DNA from: Tubiluchus corallicola
Taxonomy: Eukaryota > Animalia > Priapulida
Direction of reading: 5' to 3'
Assembly (NCBI GenBank): GCA_030141605.1
Contig: JAQGDQ010000780.1
Span: forward strand, 1 to 49,030
DNA: 49,030 nt
Part shown: positions 1-14,162 of the stretch, piece by piece
Numbering within the stretch: the stretch's first letter is position 1
Layout: the number at the start of each line of letters is the position of its first letter
Translations under genes and position numbers: made by a program
The notes under the pieces: model-generated
What the model was told of the DNA's origin: nothing
Seen by the model: the letters and a program-made list of their open reading frames with translations, nothing else
Databases searched by the model: none

Positions 1-909
1 AGACAGAGAAAGAGAGATTATAAGTCAGAGAGAAGGAGAAAGAGGTAGAAAGAGAAGAACAGAGGGGGAGAGAGACAGAGAGAAAAACAGAGAGGGAGAT
101 AAAAGAAAGAAAGAGAGATTATTATAAGTCATAGAGAAGGAAAAAGAGACAAGGAGAAAAATCACTATCACTATGACTATCAGACCGAGAAAGTCATGAG
201 AGCGAGCGAGCGAGAGAGAGAGAGAGAGAAAGCAAGAGAAAGAAAGCAAGAGAGAGTGAGTGAGTGAGAGGGAAATGAAGAAAAAAAGACTAGTTCACAC
301 CCACTATCAAATACACAGATCCCTGGCGAGGTGCTCTAGTATGGCTTCTCCATCACCTTTTCTCATGACTGCATGTTTCACTCCAAGCTTCTCCTCTGTC
401 AATAGTGATTATCTTTCCTCAACAGACAGCTACATCAATCATTCAGACAACTGATACAAACATCGAGTAAATCAAATTACCCAGTGCACACTTATCCGCA
501 CAAGTTCTGCAGTAAATATAGCTGTAAATTATTCAACAATGAGTGTACGTTCATCTGGCATAACTTCTCAGCTAAATTATTCATATGATGTTCATGTTCA
601 GCGAGTAGCAGATAAACAGTTGATGTTGTTTGTGGCAATGACGACAGTGTCAGTTGATGATGGTGTTGACAACAATGAGTGTACGTTCATCGGCATAACT
701 TCTCAGCTAAATTATTCATATGATGTTTATGTTCAGCGAATGAACAGTTCTTAAACTGTTGATTTTGTTTCTGGCAATGACGACAGTATCAGTTGATGAT
801 GGTGTTGACAACAATGACGACAGTAAAGGATACAGTCATTAAGAAAAATTTTCACAGAAGCAGGGTAATAAATGACAACCGGAATAATACATAATAAATT
901 TCTTCTCTT

Positions 910-982
<73 letters not shown>

Positions 983-1210
983 ATTATCTCCTCTCTTCCT
1001 CCCTATTTACCCCATTCTCTCTCTCCTCTCTTTCTCTCTCTCTCTCCCTCTCTCACTTTCTTTCCTCTCTTACTCCCGCTCTCTCTCCCCCCTCTTTCTC
1101 CCTATTTTTCTCTCTTTCTCCCCCTCTTCGCCTCTCTCCTATTCTCACTGTCTCCCTCTCTCTCTTGCACTCTTTCTCCCTCTACTTTTCTCCCTCTCTT
1201 CTCTCTCTAG
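1..1210. repeat. GA-rich (1-275) and CT-rich (901-1210) low-complexity tracts flanking a 136-bp tandem duplication (about 536-820)
   Basis: Direct reading. Confidence 0.9.
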
Positions 1211-2122
1211 TATTTTTGTGTATGTTTGTAAATCGTATTTATAATTTCTGTGTGATTGTATATATTATATTATACACCATAAGTGTGAAATAAAAAGTTA
1301 CGTTCAAATTCAAATTCTTCTCTCTGTCTCACCGTCTCTATTTCTCTCTTCTTTCGCCGTTCACCATCTTTCGTCCTTCCATCAACTGCCTGCTTTCTTC
1401 CTTCCATCATCCTGTCTAAACTATAAAGCGCCCCCTGACACGTTTCAAATGAACTAATTTACATCAATCGCGTCACCCACCCCTTATTACGAGCTGCAAC
1501 AGAGACAGACAGTCTGCCGGACGCCACAGAATGAATATAAACTGCAACCATAAAAACTGGATTAGAAAATGAACACAAGTTTGATGATGCGGAGTGCAAT
1601 AGGGAGGCTGAGTTTTATTGCAACATCCTCTTCTAAACCACACGCTATGACGAATCACAATGGGAAAGGGTTAAACCCTGCTTAGACGTGGTGAATTTTA
1701 ATTGGTAATATTAAAGGAATATTCCCAGGATTTAATAGGTCACATTAAAGGAATATTTTCAGGGTAAACTTTACATAATTCGCCACTGGGTGGCACCACG
1801 ATTTCAATTATTTCGTAAATATAATCCCATTTTACGCAGACAAACTAATTAACACCAGAAAACTCATTTTAAATTATCTTTCAATACTTTGGCTGTAAAA
1901 CATTCCTTGCAAAAATGCAAGGAACGTGTTAATTCTTGCACATTACATTTCTGAATTCCACAGCCGTTCTGTTTGTCCAGTAAACAAAACAGAGTTTATT
2001 TCTACTACGACTTGGATTATTTGAACAGCGCAAAATAGAGGCAATTCTTTGTTTGTCTGACCGCTGGGTTGACAACGGTTAAATAAACAAAACGCGTTTT
2101 TGTTGTTTTTTCAAAGAAAAAT

Positions 2123-2866
2123 CCAGAAAAATACTTTTCTCAGCTAGCTAACTCCATTTTGTATTCAAAACTGCTGTACATAGCATACAGTCTGCAACTG
2201 CTGTGCAGAAAAATACTTTTCTCAGCTAGCTAACTCCATTTGGTATTCAAAACTGCTGTACATAGCATACAGTCTGCAACTGCTGTACAGAAAATACATT
2301 TCTTAACTAGCTAACTCCATTTGGTATTCAAAACTGCTGTACATAGCATACAGTCTGCAACTGCTGTGCAGAAAAACACTTTTCTCAGCTAGCTAACTCC
2401 ATTTTGTATTCAAAACTGCTGTACATAGCATACAGTCTGCAACTGTTGTACAGAAAAACACTTTTCTTAGGTAGCTAGCTCCTTTGGTGTCAAAACTGCT
2501 ACACATAGCGCACAGTCTGTAAGTGTTGTGCAGAAAAACACTTTTCTTAGCTAGCTAACTCCATTTGGTATTCTAAACTGCTGTACATAGCATACAGTCT
2601 GCAAGTGCTGTACCGAAAAACACTTTTTTTCTTAGCTAGCTAGCTCCATTTGGTATTCAAAACTGCTGTACATAGCATACAGTCTGCAACTGTTGGACAG
2701 AAAAACACTTTTCTTGGGTAGCTAGCTCCTTTGGTAATCAAAACTGCTGTACATAGCATACAGTCTGCAAGTGCTGTACAGAAAATCACTTTTCTTAGCT
2801 AGCTACTAGCTCCATTTGGTATTTTAAACTACTGTACATAGCGTACAGTCTGCAACTGCTGTACTA
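2123..2866. repeat. Minisatellite, about 83 bp x about 9
   Basis: Recurring caaaactgctgtacatagcatacagtctgcaac. Confidence 0.92.
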
Positions 2867-3924
2867 ACTACAGTAGATTGAATTATCATGTTACCTAACA
2901 GGTAGTGCTGTACATTATACTGCAAACTACTGTACCTGCTGTAGGACATTTTATAACCAATAAAAGCTATTAAGAGGACAAATAAAAAGAATTTACGATA
3001 TCTGAGCAGGAGACCGACATATGCCGTGATTATTAAGAGTGAAAAGCAAAGGAAAATCAATATTTTTTAAAATTTTAAAATTTTTCACACTTTGCTCAAG
3101 TAAACCACATATAAATACGTGTGTAATGAAAAAGACAATAAACGGTGTATACCAAGGGTAAGCCAAACTGTTTGTGGTATACTAGTCCGGAATGCGAAGG
3201 ATTTTGGGTTACTTGATTTTACTCTTTGTTTTCTTTCCAACTGCTTAGATATGTCATGTAGAACGACACGTACTGTTATTCTTTCTTTTTTTACTTATCT
3301 CACTATAGTTATTAATAATAACTTTATTAATTTATTAATACATTAGAACACCATTTACTCATTTCATCGCAAAAATGTAGAAAAATGGATTAATTGCAAG
3401 TGTAACGTCACAATACAAAAAACTGTCTAAAAACGAGAATGCGAACAGCATCGCAGCGAAATAGACGGCTTTATAGAGTTACTTCGCGAGCGAGTAATAC
3501 TCAGAAAGAACACGACATGAAGCTGTAGTATTGAACAGACACAGCAGCCATTAACTCACCACAACTAACCCTTGCAGAGTCGAGTATATTGATTTACCTT
3601 TTGTAATAATGAATACCACAAAAAATTGTATAGGTAATTACCTACTAGCTTTCACTATGAACGTATTGATTAATTAGATGCAGGTAATTAAGTAAAATAC
3701 AGTATGACTCACTGCAGTAATTAAGCTGTAGATTCTAGAATTTTTACCTTAGTCTATGCAGAGTCCATTAAAGGTAAATTACAAGCCTAATAAATTTGCT
3801 TTTGCAACTTACTATAAGTGCTACAGTCATCTTATATAGCACGATATTGGTTTACAAAACTCTGTCTTTTATAGGAATCATACAAGTTGTCAACCAACCT
3901 AAATAATCTTAAGAATCCATGTGA

Positions 3925-4462
3925 GAAAGTCAAGGGCAAAAAAGGCACAGAAAAAAGTCATAGCTAAAAAAAGTCCTAGAAATAAGTCATAGCTAAAAAA
4001 ATCTAAGAAAAAAAGACTCAGAAAAAAGTCATAGCCAAAAAAGTCAAAGCAAAGGGTCACAGGAAAAGTCATAGGTAAAAAGTCACAGGTAAAACGTCAC
4101 AGAAAAAAGCCACAGGAAAATAGTCCCAGAAAAAGTCATAGCTAAAAAAAATTGAAGAAAAAAGTCACAGATAAAAAGCCACAGCTAAAAAAGTCAAAGA
4201 AAAAAGTCACAAGTGAAAAGTCACAGGTAAAAAAGTCAAAGAAAAAAGTCACAAGTGAAAAGTCACTGGTAAAAAAGTCAAAGAAAAAATGTCACAAGTG
4301 AAAAGTCACAGGTAAAAAGTCACAGAAAACAGGTAAAAAGTCACAGGAGGAAAATGACTTAAACCTAACCCTAACCCTAGCCAAAACGAATTGTCCTTTT
4401 TCCTGTAACTTTTCTCCTAGGGAAAATTGTGACTTTTTTCCATGACTTTGTGACCGCTCGCC
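3925..4462. mobile_element. Foldback-like element of aaaagtcaca subrepeats with an internal cctaaccctaaccct
   Basis: Many aaaagtcac(a) units on the left, inverted tgtgactttt units on the right. A similar tttacctgtgcc array lies at about 28925-29090. Confidence 0.6.
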
Positions 4463-4491
4463 GATCTTACAAACTCATAATTAATATAAAT

Positions 4492-4670
4492 ATTGATAGC
4501 AAAACTTGAAAAACAGAAAATGTGAAAGTTCTAATGCAGCCTGTAGTTGAACCAAGTCTTTGCATTGTCTAATGCGTCTGTAATCTAAGCACAAGGCACA
4601 TGGTTCAATTCCGAGACCTGCATTCTCATTTTCTCACATTTTCTATTTTCAAGTTTGGTACAGTATCAAA
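4492..4670. mobile_element. Short palindromic MITE-like element with a central B-box-like GGTTCAATTCC
   Basis: aaacttgaaaaacagaaaatgtga...atgcag pairs with ctgcat...tcacattttctattttcaagttt. Confidence 0.5.
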
Positions 4671-7017
4671 ATTTTGATTTGGCATTAATCTTGGTATTAG
4701 GATTATAACAATTAAACAAAAGAAATAAAATGTGTGTGTTCACTGTTCGCTAGAGAAAATCAAAATCAATACAACAACTGTAGCTTATATTTGCAGACAA
4801 TACAACAAACAATTGTTACATCAGACAAGCCCCCAACAAGGAATATTTTAATCAATCCTCGTGGCTGGATTGACGTTTCTGTAGGCTATATTAATCTACG
4901 GGATTACGGAATTTGCTGTAATTATCTACAGTATTGTTGCGCAAATATCACACAGCCACACAAGTGTGACAAACTGTACAAACATCAAGCCATGTAAGTA
5001 CGACAGACTGTACAAATATTGAAAAAATCCAATTGAACATTCTCTTGAACATTACGATGCATTCAACATCAACTGAATCTATTGGCTTGACAAATTTCAA
5101 ACATATCGCAATTAATTGGGGAAATGGCGCAACAAATATGGACGTCTATACTGCATCTGTTACAGTTTCAATCTAAAGTTTACCAAATTTTCAAGTCATT
5201 TTAAATAAAAGAATAATAAATTTTAAATTCTAAATTAATTTTTTTTAATTAAACGATGATTAATTACACACCTTTTGCCGTTATTGCTCAATAAAAAAAT
5301 AAAGAAATATAAAGATTTCCCATCTTGTAACCGCAAAAATCTGCACGCCTACGCTTCTATATGATATGTAACACGCCACAAACAGTTGTACATAACATTA
5401 ACGTCAACTTTAACAAACCGCAAACAGTTTGCTGGACGGCTCATATAAACACATGACTCTAACAAACCGCAAACAGTTTGCTGGACTGCTCATATAAAAA
5501 CTTGACTCTAACAAACCGCAAACAGTTTGCTGGACTGCTTATATAAATACATGTTTCAAAGGACTTACCAGTAAAATGGCTGCGTTTAACATTAATCAGA
5601 CAACAAGCAACTGAACGATACCACTATAGAGTACTGTACCAGACATACAAAAAATTCCACTTCTCTTGAAATATAAATACCTTAAAATCTTCTTATCAAT
5701 AAATTAATCATGGTTATAACAGTTTGATGCGTTTATAATAATTGGATGATTGCCGCACAGTGGTCTAGAGCACTTAACCCTTTAAATGTAAGAAAATTCT
5801 TGTTTGAACAAAGAACCCTTTCATTTTGACAAAACTAGTAAATCAGCAAACTGCAGTAAAGTAAAAGGTATAATTCTAGTTCTTGGAAACTTTCAGTAAA
5901 TAAAATTATATAGCAATTGTTAAAACCAGTCACAGTCAACATAAAATTTAACTTTGAAATAGGCCACAAAATTAACACTAATTCACTTCTATTAGTTCAG
6001 TAAGTTTGCCCAGGGGGCATTTCAATCGTAGTATGGCGATTAGCAGTTAATCTTGTCTAAATCCTAAAGCTTTTAACAAGCAGTGTGACGTTAAGACGAT
6101 TGTAAACTCACTTTTTATTCGTTTGTTTGTTAGTTCATTATTCATTCGTTCATTCTTTCGTTTATCTTGTTGGCACATCACTATCCAAATCTTCCACTTA
6201 CTCTGTTTTCACAGCAATTGATCATGATCATGAAAAGGTCAAAGGTTATGTGTACTAGATAACGCATTGCAGTCCGTGTTATTATAATAGCAACACTTTT
6301 AACTGCTAACTAGAACCTTACTTAGTTCAATTTTTCTTCTTCCCAAACAAGATCCTCCTAGTAAATCACTCTCTGCACAGACTAATGCATAATTAAGTAA
6401 AATCCGCGTAAGACAACTGAAGTTACTGAAGTGATGCAGCAGACGGCTTTACTTTACTCACATATCACGTGGCGGTTGTAGTTAAGGCACGTGAACTCCT
6501 AACTAAAATGAGAATAGAGCTTTTTCTATGTCAGCTAATTTGTTTTTTTAGCTAAGTAAATTAATATCAATTAACGCAGTAATATAAATACAGGTAAATT
6601 TCTCTATTATAAACTGCGCAAGTACCTGTTCTTTGTGACGTGTTGATCTAGCAAGTACCTGTTCTTTGTGATGTGTTGATCTAGCAACTACCAATCACAA
6701 AACACCTGAGCTTTTTTTCTTAACCATTCTAAATAAGGTAAATTGTTATTATTGTAAATTGTGTTTCAAAGTAACAGGTAATTCACCTGTCAGGTAATTA
6801 CAGGTGTGAAAATGGGGGCAATTTTCTACAATAGTTGCAGCTAAATCAGGTAAATGATGGTGGAAAATTTCAAAAAATATTTTCGTTGATGTGTTAAAAT
6901 ATCTGTTATAATGATGTGTTAAATTAATACATGTAAATTTATGTTTAGCTTATGAAAATGAAATTTTTGTAATTAAATTATAATGCACGAGTGGTTGAAA
7001 TCATTTCTAATTTATAA

Positions 7018-7376
7018 ACCTTTTCACAGTTTCGTTGTGTGCGTTGTGGTCAGAGGTTAAGTGTACCACCGCGAGCGCCTTGACTACAACCATCACGTGA
7101 CGTGTAGGTTAAGCAAAGACGTTTGCAGCATCAGTTCAGTAACTTCAGTTGTTTTATGCGAATTATGCTTAATTATTCATTAGCGTGTGCTTAGAGTGAT
7201 TTACTAGCAGGATCTTGTTTGGGAACTGTAAGGTTCCTTTGCTAGCTGTTAAAACTGTTACTATTACAGTAACATGGGCTGCGAGGCTTTGTCAAGTGTA
7301 AACAAATGCGTTGTCTGGTACACTTAACCTTTGACCCTTTCACGATCATCATCAATCGCTGGAACTGCGAAAAGGC
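7018..7376. mobile_element. MITE family with CCTTTTCACAGT termini (other copies at about 6205-6495, inverted, and 29744-30100)
   Basis: TIR ccttttcacagt / actgcgaaaagg. Shared core (caagatcctgctagtaaatcactct, caactgaagttactgaa) in three places. Confidence 0.75.
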
Positions 7377-7644
7377 TTATTTAATCATTTTGACTGCGTG
7401 TTCCGCCGTTTCGTTCCATTTCCGTTGTTCAGTACCATTCCGCTGAATCAACTCCATGTTATTTCATGACACAGTAAAAACCAGTAATTTTGATTTCGTC
7501 TTACTGTTTATTTGCATGCTATTTTGTTTGTTTCTGTCTGTCTATCTGTCCGTCCGTCAATTTGAATGCAACTTTACATGTTTTACTATCCATATCAAAG
7601 CCCACTTATTTGAATATTTCTTGCAGGTATTACACGCCATCATT

Positions 7645-8106
7645 CCTCAAATCATGAAGGTGCCTGTACTTCCACAAGTAAGGAGTGTGAATAACTAGTA
7701 AGGTAACTAGGCTATGGGAACTTCAGTGGGATTAAGCACAGGGCAACCTAGACACTAGTACCCTCAAATCATGAAGGTGCCTGTACTTCCACAAGTAAGG
7801 AGTGTGTATAACTAGTAAGGTAACTAGGCTATGGGAACTTCAGTGGGATTAAGCACAAGGCTGCCTAGACACCAGTACCCTCAAATCATGAAGGTACCTG
7901 TACTTCCACAAGTAAGGAGTGTGAATAACTAGCAAGGTAACTAGGCTATGGGAACTTCAGTGGGATTAAACACAGGGCAACCTAGACACCAGTACCCTCA
8001 AATCATGAAGGTGCCTGTACTTCCACAAGTAAGGAGTGTGAATAACTAGTAAGGTAACTAGGCTATGGGAACTTCAGTGGGATTAAGCAACCTAGACACC
8101 AGTACC
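7645..8106. repeat. Tandem repeat, 117 bp x 4
   Basis: cctcaaatcatgaaggtgcctgtacttcc recurs every 117 bp. Confidence 0.92.
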
Positions 8107-8994
8107 AGCGTAAGATCTTTGCCCCACATAATTCCCAAATCTCAAACCTGTTTCTCAGGAGTAATGACACTAGAGGGCGCAATGAGACTTCACATCACAA
8201 CACTAGAGGGCGCAATGAGACTTCTCATCACGACGCTAGGTGCAAAAATAAACTACAAAATTCTTTGATTGCATTTCACCAACCTAACCATATTTCTGTT
8301 CCACAAATATTCACTATGCAACACGTTTTACTACTGATTGAGACAATAAACGAACACCCCCGACCTGGATCCGATACACAGGGTTATACGGGTCCCGAAT
8401 CGACGGAGCACTCGGATTATCTTACCGTTTATGGTCGACAAATTGTACAGGTATAAAATCATTTACTGATTTGTCATCTTACCGACACAACAATTACAGA
8501 ACAAAGACTTACCGCGTCACGTGATCACAGACAAAGTCACGTGATCACAGGTAAGGGGAGAAATTTCAAACGTCTAATGTGAGGAAATTGACACAAATTA
8601 AAGTGGCAGATCACTACAGTCTACGACAGATCAGTTTTATATCTAAAAGGGTAGCTAAAAAACCAGCAAATAATAAAAAATATCGCCACACTACAAATAA
8701 TAGAATGACTCACTTTGAAAATTGCTCAAATAAATGCAGTAAAAGTAGCAATAAAAACTTGTTCTCGGCTAAGAACTGAACCTGGGACCATCCATTCACT
8801 AGTAGAGCTGTACTAACTAGACAAACAGGGGGGAGCTAGCCAGTCACCATTGCAGAAGTGAATACAGACAGTTCAGAATTCAAATCAATAATTTTTTTGC
8901 CTCTTTGTCTTATGTTATAAAGCACATTACATAATCGTAAATTGTCAAATGAAAATAGAGATGGGGTGGGGTAGTCTAACCATATGTCTAACAA

Positions 8995-9370
8995 CTTAGT
9001 CTAGTCTAATCTAATCTAATCTAAACCTATCTAATCTAATCTAATCCAATCCAATCCACTCCACTCCACCCTACTCTACTCTAATGTAATCTAATCTAAT
9101 CTAAACCTATCTAATCTAATCTAATCCAATCCAATCCACTCCACTCCACTCCACTCTACTCTACTCTACTCTACTCTACTCTACTCTACTCTACTCTACT
9201 CTACTCTACTCTAATGTAATCTAACCTAATCTAATCCAATCTGATCTAATCCAATCCAATCCTATCCAATCTAATCTAATCTAATCTAATCTAATCTAAT
9301 CTAATCTAACCTTATCTTATCTAATCTACTTTAATCTAATTTAATCTAATCTAATCTAATCCGATCTGAT
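8995..9370. repeat. Compound pentanucleotide microsatellite (CTAAT/CCAAT/CCACT/CTACT)
   Basis: Direct reading. Confidence 0.95.
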
Positions 9371-9733
9371 ATAATGCTTGAAACTAATCTTTTACAAAAC
9401 ATGTAATTTCCAAAAAAAATCCTGCCTTACTTTTGACCAAGAACTACAACATATGCTTACGATACAATTGTAAATTTATACATGTCAACTTTGCTATTTA
9501 TAATTTGTAATAAATTACAATACCTACTACTCTCTAGCCTGGGGTTCAAAAACCACGCATACAAACAGCGTCAGGTAGCTTCAAAATAACCCTAATGTGA
9601 ATTCAATCATTCTTACTAATCTATTCTAGACGATACCATCTCTCCCCCTGGAGGAAAAAGAGAATTTTCTTACGATTTTCGCCTCTCATGAAAGTCTAAT
9701 AGAAAACGCATCGATCATTCAGACTCAAATGGT

Positions 9734-10586
9734 TTGAAGTTGCATTCAGCTCACAGCTGCAGGTTGAACATTTCTGGCTTGTAGTTGCATTCAGCTCAGA
9801 GCTGCAGGTTGAATATTTCTGAATTGAAGTTGCATTCAGCTCAGAGCTGCAGGTTGAACATTTCTGGCTTGAAGTTGCATTCAGCTCAGAGCTGCAGGTT
9901 CAACATTTCTGACTTGAAGTTGCATTCAGCTCACAGCTGCAGGTTGAACATTTCTGGCTTGAAGTTGCATTCAGCTCACAGCTGCAGGTTGAACATTTCT
10001 GGCTTGTAGTTGCATTCAGCTCAGAGCTGCAGGTTCAACATTTCTGACTAAAAGTTGCATTCAGCTCACAGCTGCAGGTTGAACATTTCTGGATTGAAGT
10101 TGCATTCAGCTCACAGCTGCAGGTTGAACATTTCTGAATTGAAGTTGCATTCAGCTAAGAGCTGCAGGTTGAACATTTCTGGCTTGAAGTTGCATTCAGC
10201 GCACAGCTGCAGGTTGAACATTTCTGGCTTGAAGTTGCATTCAGCTCACAGCTGCAGGTTGAACATTTCTGGATTGAAGTTGCATTCAGCTCACAGCTGC
10301 AGGTTGAACATTTCTGAATTGAAGTTGCATTCAGCTCACAGCTGCAGGTTGAACATTTCTGAATTGAAGTTGCATTCAGCTCAGAGCTGCAGGTTGAACA
10401 TTTCTGAATTGAAGTTGCATTCAGCTCAGAGCTGCAGGTTGAACATTTCTGAATTGAAGTTGCATTCAGCTCACAGCTGCAGGTTGAACATTTCTGAATT
10501 GAAGTTGCATTCAGCTCACAGCTGCAGGTTGAACATTTCTGGCTTGAAGTTGCATTCAGCTCACAGCTGCAGGTTCAACATTTCTA
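9734..10586. repeat. Minisatellite, 45 bp x about 19
   Basis: Unit ttgaagttgcattcagctcacagctgcaggttgaacatttctggc. Confidence 0.95.
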
Positions 10587-11599
10587 CTGTAAAACCTGCT
10601 ACACGCCCCGAGCCATTAGACTCGACAATTTAACAAAGATAATCGTGGAACAGGTTCAAAAGACTGGTCGACAAAAGCTGGACAGCGTCCACTACAGCGT
10701 CTTAGCCGCTCTAATTACGGACAGTGGTCAATATCTCAGCAGATATGAACCCACACACATTGAATGTACTTAGATTAACATCAGTAAGTGGTAATTCCCG
10801 CTCCATAGTTAAAAGACTGGTAGATTTTCTAGTTTCATACAACTTTACTAGTACAACGTGCCCACAAATAAAGTCTTTTGGTCAAGTTTGAAAGAAAAAA
10901 TGACCTGCATACTAATTTTATTATTAAACAATAATTTTAAAATAAAATTAAAATGATAAATCTTTACTCACTAACTTTTAACCATTAGACAGTAAGTATT
11001 TCCTATAGGAATTTGATTAGTTAGCAGGGAACCTATATAGGGCTATTAGAAAAGTGCCGTAATAACTAATTTCTAATCTCTTTTGTTCGCATGTAGCTAA
11101 TCTTTACATTTTTTGGACAAAACTGTCTTAAATTAGGTAGTCCCAAACAATGGATATTGCAATTACTTTACATAAAACTGCATAATTCACTATAAAGAAT
11201 CTTAGCTGCCTAACACAATGTTTATTGGAGATTTGGTAAGATTAAGAACAATGTTAGAGCTTCTGCGTCTAACACACCACAAACAGTTATCCACGGATCA
11301 GTAACAAGGTTACACAACTCACTCTTGAAGAAGAAAATGAAATGAATGAACAATACCTCTTAGACTTAAAAAGGTATATTTTTTTGTAGTACTTTTTTGC
11401 TAGCTTCATCCTACACCGTGTGAATTTTCATAATATTTATATTCATGGTCCAATACTTTTATGCTTGGAATTAGTTATTGGAATTACATTTTTCTGCATT
11501 ACTATATTCTTATTAAACAGGTAATACATTGTATTAACACAACTGCTTTTATTTATAGTTTAAAGCACAAGAAACCCCTCAACTTACATAAAGTTTAAA

Positions 11600-12010
11600 C
11601 AATTCCTCTTGAAATTTTAGACCACTTTTTGCATACAGGACTTGTGTAGGCAGTAACGCTGTATAAAACATGTAAATTTAAACTCCCGCAATGACGCGGC
11701 CATTGTGACCATGAGTCGTTTGAAACAAATTTAGATAACATTGTGTAAAGTTTGAAAAAATAATCAGAGCATTTGTAGCGCACAAGTCACTAAGTAAAAT
11801 TTTTAAATTACTGTACCTTGTCAATGAAATTAAAAATACGTTTTTGGTTAGTGAGCGGCGCACCCTGGAGGGTGAGTCTGCGACATTTTACCACTTGGCA
11901 CAAACATTTGAAATAATTAATAATTTTCTTTTCTAGTTACATAAGTCTTTCAAGCAGATAGGGATAATATTAAGTAATATAACTTTGCATGGAAAGTTTT
12001 TTGGGGACAT
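11600..12010. repeat. Dispersed repeat; second copy at about 48200-48610
   Basis: Shared tgtataaaac.tgtaaatttaaactccc, tgaaacaa.tttag.taaca, cagagcatttgta, aagtctttcaagcag. Confidence 0.7.
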
Positions 12011-13207
12011 AGTTTAACATTTCCTTTTCTTCGCTTGATTCACATTTACGTGGTGATGTCATGTAATGTAATGGTGCCATTGGAACAGTGTCGCGGATAG
12101 TTTAAAATGAAAACAAACAAAAATCCTTTCAATGCGAACACTAGATGTCGTGAACTTCGTCTCATAATTACTTCGCGTTTCATTAACTTGACTTGTGAAT
12201 ATTACATCGTTTGTCTTCTTGCTCATCTCTCTTTCATAATTTTTTCATCTCATTTCCTCCTTTTTTAGGCATGTTATAACATTGATATAGCTTAAATTTC
12301 CCTCTAATCTTACTGTACTTATTTGCTTCTGAATGGCCTTTTACATTAATAGTGTTCTAGTTTTCTGTATTTAAGCTGTGTAAGACAGGCTTACCTTGAA
12401 CATTTAGACCTGTGAGCTAGCCAGGCTAATTGTTCCCCTATGTTTTAGTATAGTGGTATTTTAGTATTGATAATAATTATGTTATTTGATTCTGTGATTG
12501 TACCTGCTAGTACAGATGTTATAATATAATTCCTCGTCACTTGTTAATGATTGTAGTTTTTTCATTCTTTGATTGAAAAAGCTAACAGGCTTAATAATTG
12601 TGGGCAAAGTTTAATTCAGTTCCAGCTCTCCCACTTCTTTCACTGCCTACAGTATATATATGCATAAAATTTCTATAAATTATATAATTTCTTAAGGCGA
12701 TTTTACTGAAACCTACTTCAGGTATTCCTTTTTTATCCTTTAATACCTTTAACTGATTAATGTTTGTTTAGTTATACTAACAGCCAGCTTGGCTTAATGT
12801 TACAAAAGAATCTAAGCAGTAAATTTACCTTGATTTTTTTACATATGTTCGAAAAAAGTGTTTGAAATTTGACGAGCTGTGTACTGTACAGTTCTGAAAT
12901 TGAAAATTAGGCATTACAGTGGTTCGATTACAATGGTTAATGGAGTGTGACATGGGAGCACTGTGCACATACTAATATTAACGATTCTCAAATGACAACT
13001 TTCCTCGATTACCCAGATTTCAGTCTTATCTTAAAGTAGTCCAAAGAAAATGTAACTGCTTGTGGTGTGCTAGAGACAAGAAAGGAACAGTAATGAAGTC
13101 ACTTTATAGTTAAATACACACACTGCGTTAAGGAAGAGCAGAATGTGTAAAGTAAAGGTTAGTATGTGTAGCATATTTTTGTATATTGTATACAAAACTT
13201 TCGTACT

Positions 13208-14060
13208 AATTACATTACGTAAAGAAAGAAAGGTCAATTGTAAGAAAGTGTAATAGTAGACAGGCCTGGCTGCATTTTTAAAATCATCTCCAATTTTTGA
13301 ATGATTACTTAAGAAACTATCCTAGGTTTTAAGCAATAGCAGCAGCCTTTCAAGCATGAATCATTTTAGTTGAATGTTGTTGATTTTAAGCAATAGCAGC
13401 AACCTTTGCAACAGGACATCCAAGAACTCTTTACCAGTTTCTGATCTAATTACATTGCGTAAAGAAAGAAAGGTCAATTGTAAGAAAGTGTAATAGTAGA
13501 CAGACCTGGCTGCATTTTCAAAATTATCATCCATTTTTGAATGATTACTTGAGAAACTATCCTAGGTTTTAAGCAATAGCAGCAACCTTTGCAACGGGAC
13601 ATGCAAGAACTCTTTACCAGTTTCTGATCAACTGCTTGAGTTTTTAACCGAGGTAGCAACCTTCATAAAGTTTACATACAGGAGCTCTTAGCAAGTTTCT
13701 GATCAAGTACTCGAGTTAACTGTCCCAGATTTTAAACAATAGCAGCAACCTTTGAAACATGACATACATAGACGTCTTACCAGTTTCTGATCAACTGCTT
13801 GAGTTTTTAACCGAGGTAGCAACCTTCGTAAAGTGACATACAGGAGCTCTTTACAAGTTTCTGATCAAGTACTCGAGTTAACTGTCCCAGATTTTAAGCA
13901 ATAGCAGCAACCTTTGAAACATGACACACATAGACGCCTTACCAGTTCCTGATCAAGTACTTGAATTAACTAGTCCAGATTTGACACAAAAGCTGTAACG
14001 TTTGCTCCAGTTTCTTATCAATACTGGGTAAACCATCCCAGATTTTAAGCAAGAGCAGTA
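13208..14060. repeat. Compound tandem duplications (about 240-bp and 177-bp units)
   Basis: Recurring ttttaagcaatagcagcaacctt and ttaccagtttctgatcaa. Confidence 0.85.
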
Positions 14061-14162
14061 ACCTTTATAATAGCAGCCTTTACTAATGGTAAGCATCAGT
14101 CTACATTTACACTAATAAAACAAGTGAAATTGGTAACAAGAATTACAAAATCTGTTACTTAC

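Noticed and set aside
25-1210. Leu/Ser-rich and (RE)n ORFs
   Set aside because: Translations of GA/CT microsatellites; the same applies to poly-Ile at 22618 and (MYVC)n at 44728.
4364-4379. Telomeric repeat
   Set aside because: Only about two CCCTAA units, embedded in a foldback-like element.
9785-10633. 192-aa and 74-aa repeat-protein ORFs
   Set aside because: Translations of a 45-bp minisatellite with TTG starts and internal stops in variant units; intronic.
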